Source: Amoebidium appalachense
Taxonomy: Eukaryota > Protista > Ichthyosporea
DNA: 64,000 bases
Assembly: GCA_963693365.1 (NCBI GenBank)
Contig: CAVNZM010000005.1
Location: forward strand, 11,245,728-11,309,727
Direction of reading: 5' to 3'
The number at the start of each line of letters is the position of its first letter. Positions within the stretch are counted from its first letter, which is position 1. A program made the position numbers and the translations under genes. Under the pieces are notes generated by a model. The model did not search any database, had not been told where the DNA came from, and saw only the letters and a program-made list of their open reading frames with translations. This document shows positions 37,003-49,076 of the stretch, in pieces.

Positions 37003-38253
37003 TCAAAGAAGAGACACCATGCTTTCGTTAGAGTCCTTTTCTTTGTGTTTTTGGAAACCAAGATCCCGATTGCGGTACCTAGCATACACGTTTTTCAACA
37101 TCACACACCACGCCCAACACACAAACACAAACAAAATAACCAAAGGAACTAGCATAGGCCCCGCTTTCGCGAACAACCGCACAAGCACCTCCTTCCTCTC
37201 GCTCAGCGGCAACAAATCTTTGTTTGTGTTTTTGTGTTCTGTTTTGTGATGGTTGGCGATTCCTTTCATTTCACCAGAGTCCGCATTGTGCACAAGTTCC
37301 GTCACGTCCTTAAGCAAGTAGTTCTCGCCCATATCCTTGCTTCCCGTTATCTTCTTGTTAAGGTGTGTTTGGCGTACAATACCTACACCACCCTTGCACA
37401 CAATAAAATCATCAAAAGTAGCCTCCTGGTTTTGCGGTGACTCCCACGTATAGTTGTTTCCACCGAAAAATGTTGAGAAGTAGAAAATGTTGATGGTGAT
37501 GTTATGAGACCACCTCCATTCAATCCCAGTTTGCACCAAGGCCAAAGACCCATCCATATACGATTCTACAATGCCATTCGCCTTACCCACGTCATTCAGC
37601 TTCACCCGGGTCATGAGTGTGTGCCATTTCCCAGGGAGAAATCTCGCCTGTGAACCGTCAGAACGAGTCCAGTTCAAATCCTGCCCAAAAACATCCGGTT
37701 GGTTTGCATAGTACAGGTACTGTACCACCCGCCCTTCCTCTCTCCACATTACTCGTGCACTGAATCCATCAATCCCGTCAGACCTGTACCCACCTGTGTT
37801 GCACCTCCCCCCACACAATCCCGGTAGTTTCCCACCCAGGTTGAACTCAAACCCTTGCTCGAATCTCACTCGGTATGCTATCCACGCTTCGGTAGTGTTC
37901 TGGTCTAACCTCACTTTGAACTGGATGGCACATGCATCCGTGTTGAAGCAGTGTTGGGGGTAAACCACGGAAAGGGCCGTGTTGTTTTCTGTTGGTTCTA
38001 CGTCATCAACATCTCCGTCCACAAGAACTGTGCGTGCTGTAACGTCCACCTCTTTCATCCACATGAGACCGGGAAAGTCCTCACGAATGGACACGTTCGT
38101 GTATGGCTCTCCATGTGTGCGGTGGGAGAAGTCTTGGTGTACCATGGGTGTAGACCCATCTGCACAGTAGAAATGTGCCGCTACTTGTGTGGAAGACGCA
38201 GTGATGTATAACAAGGAGGCAAAAAGCGGGAGACCATTCCGAGTGCTTGCCAT
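37003..38253 (-). CDS. Polysaccharide lyase family 14 (alginate/glucuronan lyase-like), intronless, signal peptide plus C-terminal TM anchor, 416 aa
   Basis: Single uninterrupted ORF with PL14 motifs YRVRFEQGFEFNLGGKLPGLCGG, GFSARVMWR, FLPGKWHTL, LNDVGKANG and FYFSTFFGG. Hydrophobic N-terminus; hydrophobic segment PMLVPLVILFVFVCWAWCVML near the C-terminus. Confidence 0.9.
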   Translation of the reverse strand: MASTRNGLPLFASLLYITASSTQVAAHFYCADGSTPMVHQDFSHRTHGEPYTNVSIREDFPGLMWMKEVDVTARTVLVDGDVDDVEPTENNTALSVVYPQHCFNTDACAIQFKVRLDQNTTEAWIAYRVRFEQGFEFNLGGKLPGLCGGRCNTGGYRSDGIDGFSARVMWREEGRVVQYLYYANQPDVFGQDLNWTRSDGSQARFLPGKWHTLMTRVKLNDVGKANGIVESYMDGSLALVQTGIEWRWSHNITINIFYFSTFFGGNNYTWESPQNQEATFDDFIVCKGGVGIVRQTHLNKKITGSKDMGENYLLKDVTELVHNADSGEMKGIANHHKTEHKNTNKDLLPLSERKEVLVRLFAKAGPMLVPLVILFVFVCWAWCVMLKNVYARYRNRDLGFQKHKEKDSNESMVSLL

Positions 38254-39352
38254 TTTGAGTGTTCTGAGTGGGAAAATCTAACACACACCCAAAAAGGCAG
38301 TTGGATGTCGTTCGTGTATTGTTGTTTAGTTGCGTTGGAACGACGATAGGGACACCCAGTTATAGGTAAAAGCAGTAGCCAGGTCTTGGCTACTTACAGA
38401 AACAACGAAGGGACACCCAACGTTTCCGATTGTTCCACGGAACACTTGCAAGTGTATTTTTTTGCCGGCACGTCCCCTTTGCACAGTTACGTTCATGCAT
38501 ACAGTGTGTAAAATTTTGCATACAGTACCTATGTACAACCTACGCTGCCCATACCATTACTTAGAGTTTGGGGAAGGTGTGTAAATCTGTCCTCTAAGAG
38601 CACTAGTGGTGGGTCTTCTCGGGGCAACAACTCTGTGTGTGTGTGCACAACACAGCACCAGTTCACAGCACCTGCATGTCATCATGACTTCCAGTAGCTG
38701 TGTAATGTGCGTAGCCAGCAGATGACTGGCGTTTGGACTGGCTGCACTGCTTTGGTTGGATGAATAAATCTGGCCCAGCCATGGTGAAAATTTCGAACCA
38801 TGCTGCCTTTTCGAACCCTTTCGCAGGGCTGCCCAGGCAGGCGCAGGCCTGGGTGGGAGGTTTGAGCTCGTGAGAGGAGAGAGCCGAGAGTGCATTATTT
38901 TTTTTTGGTGCTGCATGGAATGTAGAGCTGCGCATACATTACGTACCAAAATAGCCATGGTGCCGCCTTCTGTGTGTTTTCACCGGGCACCATGCAACGT
39001 CCCACCTATGCTGCACAACGGTCTCCATTCACGTGAAACGAGGAGCCTCAAACTATCATTTCACTCTAAGAGGTGCACGTGAAGTTGGAGAACCTCTTTC
39101 ATAAATTTGTTAAGCATGCATGCTTACGTATACGCGTGTTACGGTGTTGTTTCGGAATGGTACCAACAACTAACACATGAGTACCTACTAGTAGCCGTTT
39201 CTCATCAGATTTTGAGACTCCTGTGCAAGCAAGAATTATTGGGCTTTTGAGTAGAATAAAACTCACGAATTTTTTCTAGGAACTCTAAACACATATGCGA
39301 GCATATGCTAAGGCCCAGTGGTGAGAAGTGGACGAAAAACGCCAACACCACA

Positions 39353-40189
39353 TTACAACAGTCGCACTTCAAATGGTCCTTTTGCAGTTGAAGGATCCAC
39401 CACTGTTCCCCTCTGCACTATTACAGCCTTTCCCGCTGCCACCAACCTCCGTGCTGCCCTTCTAGCAGGTTCTCTTAGACCTCCCATCCCTTCTGGGTCG
39501 AGGATTCTCTCTGCCTCAGTCGGGCGCACCCCACAGTTTGCTGGTCGCTTGGCCAAAAGATTTAGGAGAGCCTCTTCCAGAGCATGATCTGTGCTAGTTA
39601 GACCCGCAGACCTGCACGAGTGGGAGCAGTACTTGATACTGTCCCACGTGGTTGCCCATTTACGCCGCCATGTTATGCGCCGACCGCACCTGAAGCATGT
39701 CTTGTCGGCTCTTGTTTGTGCTCCTTTGACAGACATACGTGTATCTTTTGTCGTTAAGGTAATGTTGTTCTTTTTCGCTTTGGAGTGACTAACATCATTA
39801 TCGGGATTGAAGTTTGCCTCATCTTCAGAAGTCGACTCCCTTCGCTTTCCCCTGCGTGGTGTGCTTTTTTCCTTCACGGTGCTTTCACCTTTCAACCGAG
39901 GCTCGTTGTTTTTACTTGCGCCAAATCGGTCTCGGTTGCTTCGTATGTGGTCGTTTTCGTGGGGAAGTTTGGTGCACTCTTTTCTGTCCACTTTTGCTGG
40001 CCTATCAACGGCTGCGAGTACAGCCGGGGTTCGTGAACTCGAAACTAGAGGACTAATAGAAAAGGAGGGTTTGAGCTCACTCGAACGAGTCACTTCACTC
40101 GAGGATGAAAGAGAGCGAAATCTAGCGAGCCTGTTTGCTTTGTTTAGCATAACGGTACTAGCTAAGGGTACGTGGACGCTACGAACCAT
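39353..40189 (-). CDS. DUF2256 (Zn-ribbon) plus DUF3253 domain protein, intronless, with a long basic/Ser-rich N-terminal extension
   Basis: C-terminus has KTCFRCGRRITWRRKWATTWDSIKYCSHSCR (DUF2256 pattern), then LEEALLNLLAKR..PTEAER..LREPARRAARRLVAAG..QRGTVVDPSTAKGPFEVRL (DUF3253 pattern). Start is uncertain: in-frame ATGs at 40294, 40249, 40228, 40189 and 40150. Confidence 0.85.
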   Translation of the reverse strand: MVRSVHVPLASTVMLNKANRLARFRSLSSSSEVTRSSELKPSFSISPLVSSSRTPAVLAAVDRPAKVDRKECTKLPHENDHIRSNRDRFGASKNNEPRLKGESTVKEKSTPRRGKRRESTSEDEANFNPDNDVSHSKAKKNNITLTTKDTRMSVKGAQTRADKTCFRCGRRITWRRKWATTWDSIKYCSHSCRSAGLTSTDHALEEALLNLLAKRPANCGVRPTEAERILDPEGMGGLREPARRAARRLVAAGKAVIVQRGTVVDPSTAKGPFEVRLL

Positions 40190-41663
40190 GGACTGAAGAT
40201 GTCCACACGAGTGCAACCAAAGGCTCATGCTGGCAATAGAACAAAACATGTTGCCTGGTTGGGTATGTGCACTCTGGTACCACGGGGGTATCATACAACT
40301 GACATAAACAAAATCAATAAACACATCTGGCCTCGGAAAGTAACCTTATGTAGCCTACGTGTCCGGCCACCTCAGCAGCACCTCGCGGCTGGGCAGCTGG
40401 CAGCAGCTGGCCTGGCCGCCTGTGGCTGGTCACACCTCTCAGACACACCCTCTCAGTTACGTTCTTGCGACATTCTTCCGCTCTTCCAGCCAATCATATA
40501 CATCTAAGCTTAGACGACATACATTTCTTTGTGGTGCGATTAAAGCTAATCAAAATAGACGTTCTTGGCCCAAATTTGGCAAGCTCGCGGCTTTGCCGAC
40601 GCAGCAGCCGGCTGGTCTGTCTCAACAGGACCGCCGGGCAGGTGCTGGGCTTTACACACTATTTCAGGCGCGTATCATATGCCATGATGGTCAGCGCTGA
40701 GCTGTGCTTGTTCAACCTTCGGCTAAGTTTCTTTGGATCTTCAAATGGTCGTCAGTGAAGTTGGAAAGTTGCAAACGCAAAACCGTACGAACAAGCGGCC
40801 GCAGGCAGTGCAGGGCTATCAAGACTCCATGCATGACCCCTGGGCCTGGGCCCTGGGCCTGGGGTCCATGCATATGGCCGAACGACAATCACGGTTGGGG
40901 GGCAGCCTGCACGTGCACGGATGCGCGTCACAGTCAGAAGTGACGGGCTGCACGGTCCGGACTCCGTCATACTTGCCGCGTGCACTTGCCCGGAATTAGT
41001 TTTACACACACAGATATCCAGACATGCACTCTGCACATGGAAGCACATGCATATGCGTATACATGCGCATGATGTGCTGCACACATACACGCCACCATGT
41101 CAGCGGACCCCTTTATGTCCATACACATGCACACATACCGCTACGGATACACATGTGCAGACATGACGTGCACACACACACACACACACCGGGCAAGCGA
41201 AAAGAACACCCGCTGTGGTATATAGTTGCCACACGCCCATGCGATGCGGCCTCCACCTTCGCCCACATGCCCATGCGATGGTGCCTGTACCCACACACAC
41301 ACACACACACACATAAACACACACACACGCCACGCTATACTTTGCATAACGTAAAATACAAATGCTATGAAGTACATACATGTCCGCAACGTGGCAAACA
41401 GGCACAAGCTGCTCGTGGTCCTGCGCAGCAAAGATTCGGTGAGACAATTCGCTGATGGAGTTAACGAACTCGATGTGCATCTTTGAGAGCGAATTGCTCT
41501 GCTTTGTGTTTTTTAAGTAAAACAGGCGAATAATTCTATTTCATACTTTTGTATGGGCGTGTGCAATTATTACCACAGTACACGTAAGATCATTGTAAGG
41601 TCATCAGCAGTACATTCATGCCCTTTTGTGCCGTAGGTGTGACCTTCGCCTCAAAGCACTCAG

Positions 41664-41830
41664 CCAATGCTATGATGACCTCATCACGTGCGTTTGGTGA
41701 GTTCCTCATTACGTCATCCCGTGCTAGCCTCAACCTATGACTTCATCAGGTCTTCATTATTTATATTGAAACGAATCAAAAACGTCTGTTTTGTGGCTAC
41801 CTGACGTAGACTACTCCGCATGCATACGTC
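41664..41830 (+). promoter_or_regulatory. Putative promoter of anamorsin: CCAAT, E-box and CRE/AP-1-like motifs
   Basis: CCAAT at 41664, TGACCTCA at 41676, CACGTG at 41685, TTACGTCA at 41709 and TGACGTA at ~41802, clustered 150-300 bp upstream of the ATG. Motif matches only. Confidence 0.4.
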
Positions 41831-41965
41831 ATGAGATCTTAGCTGTGACACAGAAGTGAAGTCCAGCTTTTCCGGAACAGAGCAGGCAAGCAGACAGACA
41901 GACAGCGAGTTCAAGTTGATCAAGTAAATTTCAAATACTACGTTCGAAAGTCAGCATACCCAAAC

Positions 41966-42033
41966 ATGGCCAACTACGTTTCTAACGGTCAGGCTGTGCT
42001 GCTGGTCGGCAACCCTGCCGTCTTATCTGCGTA

Positions 42034-42083
<50 letters not shown>

Positions 42084-42483
42084 CCCCGTCCCCCCGCCTC
42101 CCCTCCCCTCCTTCCCCCTCCCCTCACCCCCCTCCCCCCCTCCCCTCCCCCCCCCCCCTTATCCCCCTTGCAGCCGCTCATTACCATTCAACTTTTGGTG
42201 GCAACTCCTTTCCATCCTCTTCTCTCTTTTCCCCCTTACTTCGGCCCTCTTTCAACGTTCTGAACATCACAGCACCAAGCGGCGTACCTGTTGCTCTGGA
42301 AAAGACCCAGTTGCTTGCACAGATATCCCTGGTTTTAAGAATGGTTGAATACATCCTCGCCCGCTCATGTCGCTCTCTCTCCTTCTGTGCATGCGTGCGT
42401 GTGTGTGTGCGCATGTGTGCGTGTGTGTGTGCGTGTGTGTGTGTACAGAGCGGGTATGTCTGAGTGTGCGGTGCGGTAGTCTG

Positions 42484-42537
<54 letters not shown>

Positions 42538-42921
42538 TGTGTGTGTGCCTCTGTTAGTACATTTGTGTGCTTGTGCGTGCGCGTGGCCGAGGGTGTACAC
42601 GGGCGTGTGCGCGCGTGATCGCGGGCGGAGAAGCAGTTACAGGGATAATGGGCATAACACAAGACTTCTTGGCCCAAAATGTGTGCGAGTGGGTTCTGGG
42701 GAATGATTACATACAGACCTGTCTGATTTCCCCCCCCCCCCCCCCCCCCCCCCTGGCCTGCTCTCCTTTCGTTCTTTCCAGAGCCATTATGGATGCTGTG
42801 ACACAGCTGAAGGCGCAGACGGGGGAGGGAGGAAAGGTCATGCTTGAGCAGCTGGACAGACTGGGCCAGGGTGGGTGGCCTGTGTTTGGCTCTCACACAC
42901 ACACACACATACACACACACA

Positions 42922-42987
<66 letters not shown>

Positions 42988-43628
42988 TACACACACACAC
43001 CTCCGTCACGTGCATGTGAGCATGCACACAACGCACAAGCATGTATACTTTCACATAAAGATATAGCTGCACACATTATATCCTTACCCAAGCACTATTG
43101 TGAACGCACTTACTCACGCGTACAAGCCAGGGCGTAGCCAAACATACACACAACCACTCACACATATGCGAGCGCCCGCACACGCATACTTGCACACGCT
43201 CGCGTGCGTACACACGCACACGCACATAAGTGTGCGCGTGCACATGCTCACACATGCTTGCTGGGCGTGCACGTGGCCACATACACACACACACACACAC
43301 ACACACAGACAGACGCACTATCACACACGCACACTTGTTAGAGTGGAGTCACGTACACACCAAGAAAAAAAAACGAAAAGGTAATCATACCCCCTTCCCT
43401 TGAGCACACAAGCCACACCCACACAGGCTCACCCATATACCACGCGCCTTGCCACACTCGTGCACGCGCACACACGCACATATGCGCGTGCACAGACAGT
43501 TATTTACAGACACGGAGAGAGAACACATTTCTTCACACACGCACGCACACACACACACACACACACATGTACACACACACGCTCAAGCGCGCGCGCGCGA
43601 GCGCATACATACACACACACACACGCAT

Positions 43629-43660
<32 letters not shown>

Positions 43661-44905
43661 CCACCTTTTCTATGTACACAATTACATAACAAAGAGGTAC
43701 ATTTCAAATTGTAGCCAAGACTAATGCGGTTGTATGCTGCAGTCAAGATGACGGGGTCCGGCTTTGACGTTATTCTGTCCGGCTACCTGCCCCCTGCTGC
43801 ATTCACCCACACCGATGCTCACTTTGCAGAGTTTGCACGCCTGCTCAAACCAAACGGTATGTAGTGTTCTTGGTGTTTCGGGGCACATGGGCGTTGGGAT
43901 GGGCATGGTGATGTGTGTTCTGTATGTGTGTCGCAGCTGCTAAGGAGAATGATAGGATGTGTTGTGTGTGCGCGCATATTTGGGTGTGTGTGTGCGTGCG
44001 TGCGTGCCTGTGCTCGTGTGCGCATGCGTGAGCATGCATGCGAATAATAGGTTTGGTATGGTAGTGGGACTAGCTATGGGGTTTTATCGAATCTGTTGTG
44101 CAAATTGGCTCACACCTCCCACCCCTTGTGTGTGCAGGTCGGCTGTATGTGAGGGAACCAGCCCTGCCGGCCACATCAGTCACCATCTTTAGCCCCCAGA
44201 GGCCAAAGGTGAGTGGCCCTGATCTAAAGATAGATCTATTTTTAAACACGCACGCGCACAGGCGCGCACGCCCACTATCCCCTCGTCTTGCCTCTGGCGG
44301 GCTACAGCCCGTGCCCTGGCCCGCTTCTTTTGCGTGATGCAGAATCTTCGTAGCTTTTGCAATGTGTGCCTTTTTTAGTCCCCCCCCCCCCCCCCCCCCC
44401 CCCGGGAGCCAAAAAAAAAAAAAAAAAAAAAAAAACTATCATAGGGATTCTGTGTGCTTGTTTCCACAGGTCTACACCCATGGCTCTAGGTTATTTATCT
44501 CTGTCATATTCAAAGCGAACCCCCACCTCCGTCTCCTTCTTGCATTCCCGCTCAATCCTCTGAAGGTTTTTTAGAGAAAGTTGTGAAAGGGGCTGGGGAG
44601 GGGGTGGGGGTGGATATTTGCCGAGAAAACGATATGGGTATTGCTGGTAAGTTGTACTTATGGCATGAACAGAGGTAGGGCTATGATGTATGCACATGCT
44701 CCATGGGTATTGGTAGGCGAGCAACACGGTGTGTCTGACTACTACTACAACCCCCCCCCCCCCCCCCCCTCCCCCCCCCTCCTCCCCCCCCCCCCCCCCC
44801 CCCGCCCGGAAAAAAAAAGGACATGCATGCGCGCACGCACACGAACATGCGCACCCGTACACTTACAGATACACACACAGAGAGACACAACACACACGTG
44901 CAGGT

Positions 44906-44981
<76 letters not shown>

Positions 44982-45399
44982 AGCAGATTGGGTCTGCCCT
45001 CAAGCTGTCCGGGTTCGTCAACGTGGCAGTTGCTGAAGTGGCAGGTAGGCCTAAATGAGCATTGATTGAATGGATGTTTTGATATATCTGGGGTTTAAAA
45101 GAGTGGAGAAGATGTGTGATGGTGTGTGGTTGTGTGTGTGTGTTTGCAAGGGTTAAAGGTTAAGAAGGCAGTTGTAGTTTGTTAAATGGGGCTTTTGGTC
45201 GCCAAAGTTTGCCATGTTAAGTGACTGCAGGCGGTATTTCGAACTTAGATTGATATGTAGAGACCGGCAATCTTAGCTAACCGAGATCCGCGTAATCCAA
45301 AATCCATGATACTTGTATGGTTGTGCCTGTTTGTACCGTGTATGTGGTGTTGCCGTGGGGGTTCAGTAGCTTCTTTCTTTTCCCTTTTTTTTTTTTTTT

Positions 45400-45430
<31 letters not shown>

Positions 45431-45624
45431 GGAGGGGGGGGGGGAATGGGTGTTACAATGGTGGTTATAGTGTTTGTCTGAAATTTAACATGTGCTGATG
45501 TCCCTTTGCAGCACTCACCCCCACAGAGGCCAGTGACATTGCGGCCCACCTGCAGGCCACACGTACGGCCCTGCCCTCTACGGCTGCAGACACATTGGCA
45601 GCAATCACCTTCGTCGAGGTATTC

Positions 45625-45661
<37 letters not shown>

Positions 45662-46331
45662 CCTCTGCTTATGACGCATACTGTGCACATTGCTGATGTT
45701 GCATACTTGAATGTTTGCCTTTGCATGTGTCCTGCACCATGCTTCTCGTCGTGTATGTGTACTTCGTACTGTGTTCCGCATTCAAAGCCCCCCTGTATTC
45801 TTTCATAGGTGTCCTTTCAGGACAGACCACTGTGTGGAGACATCTTTACTTCCATGCAACCGGGCATGGTTGCTCTGTGTCGTGCATCTGTAAGCACATA
45901 CGCGTTTTTCGCTGCACTGCATTAGTTTGCACACACATCTTCACCGTTTTGCTCACCTTGCTTGCATAAGCAACCCTGCTCGTCTTTGATCAAGACGGGC
46001 TGACCCACCCAAGTTCAGTTGATGCTGCTGTCTGAGTTGGAGCGTCGTATATACGCGGGCTAAGGGGTCGAAACTCAGACGCAATTGATGACTTGGGCCC
46101 TCCTTGAGGATGGGCTCTGCTTATGACGCATACTGTGCGCATGGCTGATGTTGCATACTTGAATGTTTGCCTTTGCATGTGTCCTGCACCATGCTTCTCA
46201 TCGTGTATGCGTACTTCGTACCGTGTTCCGCATTCAACCCCCCCCCCCCCCCCCCCCCCTTTTTGTTTTCCTTGCTCGGTTGAATGTGTTGGCCTCAACA
46301 TGCGAAGATGCACATGCATGTGCACATGCTA

Positions 46332-46367
<36 letters not shown>

Positions 46368-48156
46368 ACAGACCTGCTCACTCAATGGTACACACAGACA
46401 GGGACATGAACACTTGAACACACACAAACACACTTTTACACACACACACGGGCGCAGGGGCACATACACACACACTTGTACTTACACATAAACATACCCA
46501 CGGCTCATGAACACTTCTTCATTCTGCTCTAATCACGGGTAGAGGGGTGTACATTTGTTCTTGTATGCGTGCACACATATATGAATGTTCTTGGCTGGGT
46601 GGGTAGTTGACGGGTTTGTGTAGGTTTGGAAGGGGGAGAGGGGGGGGGGGGGGGGGGGGGAGGGGGGGGGGGAGGCCGAGGAGGGCGGGGAAAGAGGATG
46701 AAGGGCTCGAACGTCTTCGAGTTTTTTAATCGAGACTACCGGATGGCGGGAGAAAAAATTGCCTATAAGAGCTGAATAGAATGGTGCTAGTGCATGCAGA
46801 TTGTGATTGGTGGGTTGTCATGTGGTGCACCTCATGGTGTGTTTGGCTTGCGAGGGCTTAACAAACCTCTTCCCATCCATTCCACCCCCCTCCCCCTCTC
46901 CCTCTCCCCTCCCCCCAAACACATACACACAACACACACGCGAGGAATACGAAAAACGCACCTACGTGCATGGGCGCGCGCACACACACACGCACACACT
47001 CACACACCCACACACCCACACACCCACACCCACCCACACACCCACACACACACAAAATATCAGGCCCAAGCGGCTAAGCCCGCCTACGAGTTGGGTGCTG
47101 CTGCCTCCCTCCCCCTCTCTTTGAAGAAGAAGGCTGGTATGTGGAAAGTTGAGTTTACTGTGTGTAGACTCGGGTGTGCATGTGTTATGCAGTTCATCAG
47201 TATCTCAGTATGTCCAAAATCAACATTTTCGTGCCTACAATTCTTACACTGACTTTGTGCGCCAACTATTAGTTATTTGTCGTCGTATGATTGGCCAGCA
47301 ATGGTGCAATCTTTTTTTTTAAGGAGTTTTTGCTTCGCTTAGATAATGACTGTTAGAGTCAAGCTGCCAGTCAGTCGTATTGGAAAGGCCTGCCTTGTGC
47401 CAGTTGGTGCACAAAATCAGTGCAAGTATTATAGTTGTTGTCATTGTGCGTGCTGGCATATATAAGGGGAGCGAGGATTTTACAGGGAAGGAATGATTCC
47501 GGGCATTCTCTAGTGGTTTTTGTTAATGGTGTGGTGTTCTGACTGAGGGGTGTTTGCAGCTGCACCAGCCAAGCCAAGTGCCCAGGCAGCATCTGTTTGG
47601 AAGGTGGGTGTGTGTACGTGTGGGTGTGTGTATGTGTGTGTGGGGAGAGGGGGGGGGGGGGGGGGAGGAGGGATGTGTGTGTACGTGTGCGTGTGCGTGT
47701 GGGTGTGTGCGCGTGCATGTATCACTGTCGGTGAGGGTGTGAGTGTAGGTGTGGTTGTAAATGTGTGCCCTTGCATCTGTGTGCGATGTGTGTGTGTGTT
47801 GAGGGTATGAGAGGAAGGGGGGAGGCCGAATCAGGCTATAGTCATACAAATCAGAAATTATGGCTTCCTTCGTGTGTGTGTTTTTTTTTGGGGGGGGGGG
47901 GGGGGGAAGGGGTATGGGGAGAAGGGGGGGGGGGGAGGGGGGGAGGTTTGGTACGTTATGTAACATATGTGATGATACTGATATGTTGGTGTATGCAGGT
48001 TGCAGCGACTGACTTTGGCGATGACGATGAGATGTTTGATGACAGTGAGCTGCTGGATGAGGAGGACCTGAAGAAGCCTGACCCTGAGTCTCTGAGTATG
48101 TGCTTGTGTTAGAGCACACACATATGCACAGGCACACACATGCACACACAAACACA

Positions 48157-48190
<34 letters not shown>

Positions 48191-48228
48191 CACAGGCACA
48201 CACATGCACACACACACACACAAACACA

Positions 48229-48262
<34 letters not shown>

Positions 48263-48945
48263 CACACTCGCGCATGTCTACACATGCACGCTGGCATACA
48301 CAACACACGCGCGCGCATACGCTCACGCACACACACATGCGGGCGTGCACACGCGCACGCGACCATGAGCACACACACATGCATGTGCAGACACATGCGC
48401 ACAAGCACACGTGTGCGGGCGCAAGCACACACACACAACACATGCATGCGCGCGCGCACACACACACACACATACACGTATGTACGTATGTGCGCGCACA
48501 CAATGAATGTGTGCGTACGTTTTCCTCACAGGACGTTTGTTTGAGTCGCAACGTGTTTGTGGGTGTTTACATCATGGATTATGCACTTGCTCTTTGGCAA
48601 TACCCCCCCCCCCCCCCCCCCCCCCCCCCCTGCCCCCCCTTTTCCCCTTTTATAAATATCGAACCAGTGTTTCTGTTCTGTGCTGTCTTTAGCTAATCTG
48701 CCTTCCGTATCTCCCATTAGTTCTAATATTAATTGGCAACCTCAAACCCTGAGTACAGTCGAGAAACAAGAGCACCCGAGTCTAACGTTTTGTTTTGTGC
48801 AGAGAGCGAGTGTGGGCCGGTCGAGCCGGGCAAGAAGAAGCGTGCCTGCAAGAACTGCACGTGTGGTTTGAAGGAGGCCGAGGAGGCGGACAAGTTTTTC
48901 AGCGCCCCGGCACCAACATCCTCCTGTGGCAACGTACGTGCTCCC

Positions 48946-48976
<31 letters not shown>

Positions 48977-49042
48977 CCCTTGCTGGCTGCTGTGCAGAAC
49001 TGATTAGTATCAGTCTATGTTCCCTGTTGTGTTCTGTGCATT

Positions 49043-49076
<34 letters not shown>

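Noticed and set aside
38557-38958. 133-aa and 90-aa minus-strand ORFs between the PL14 and DUF2256 genes
   Set aside because: No recognisable motif or consistent splice partner; cannot be supported.
46030-46080. RNase P RNA P4 helix (GTCTGAG / AACTCAGAC)
   Set aside because: The strands are only ~33 nt apart, the GGAA CR-I context is absent, and the element is multi-copy.
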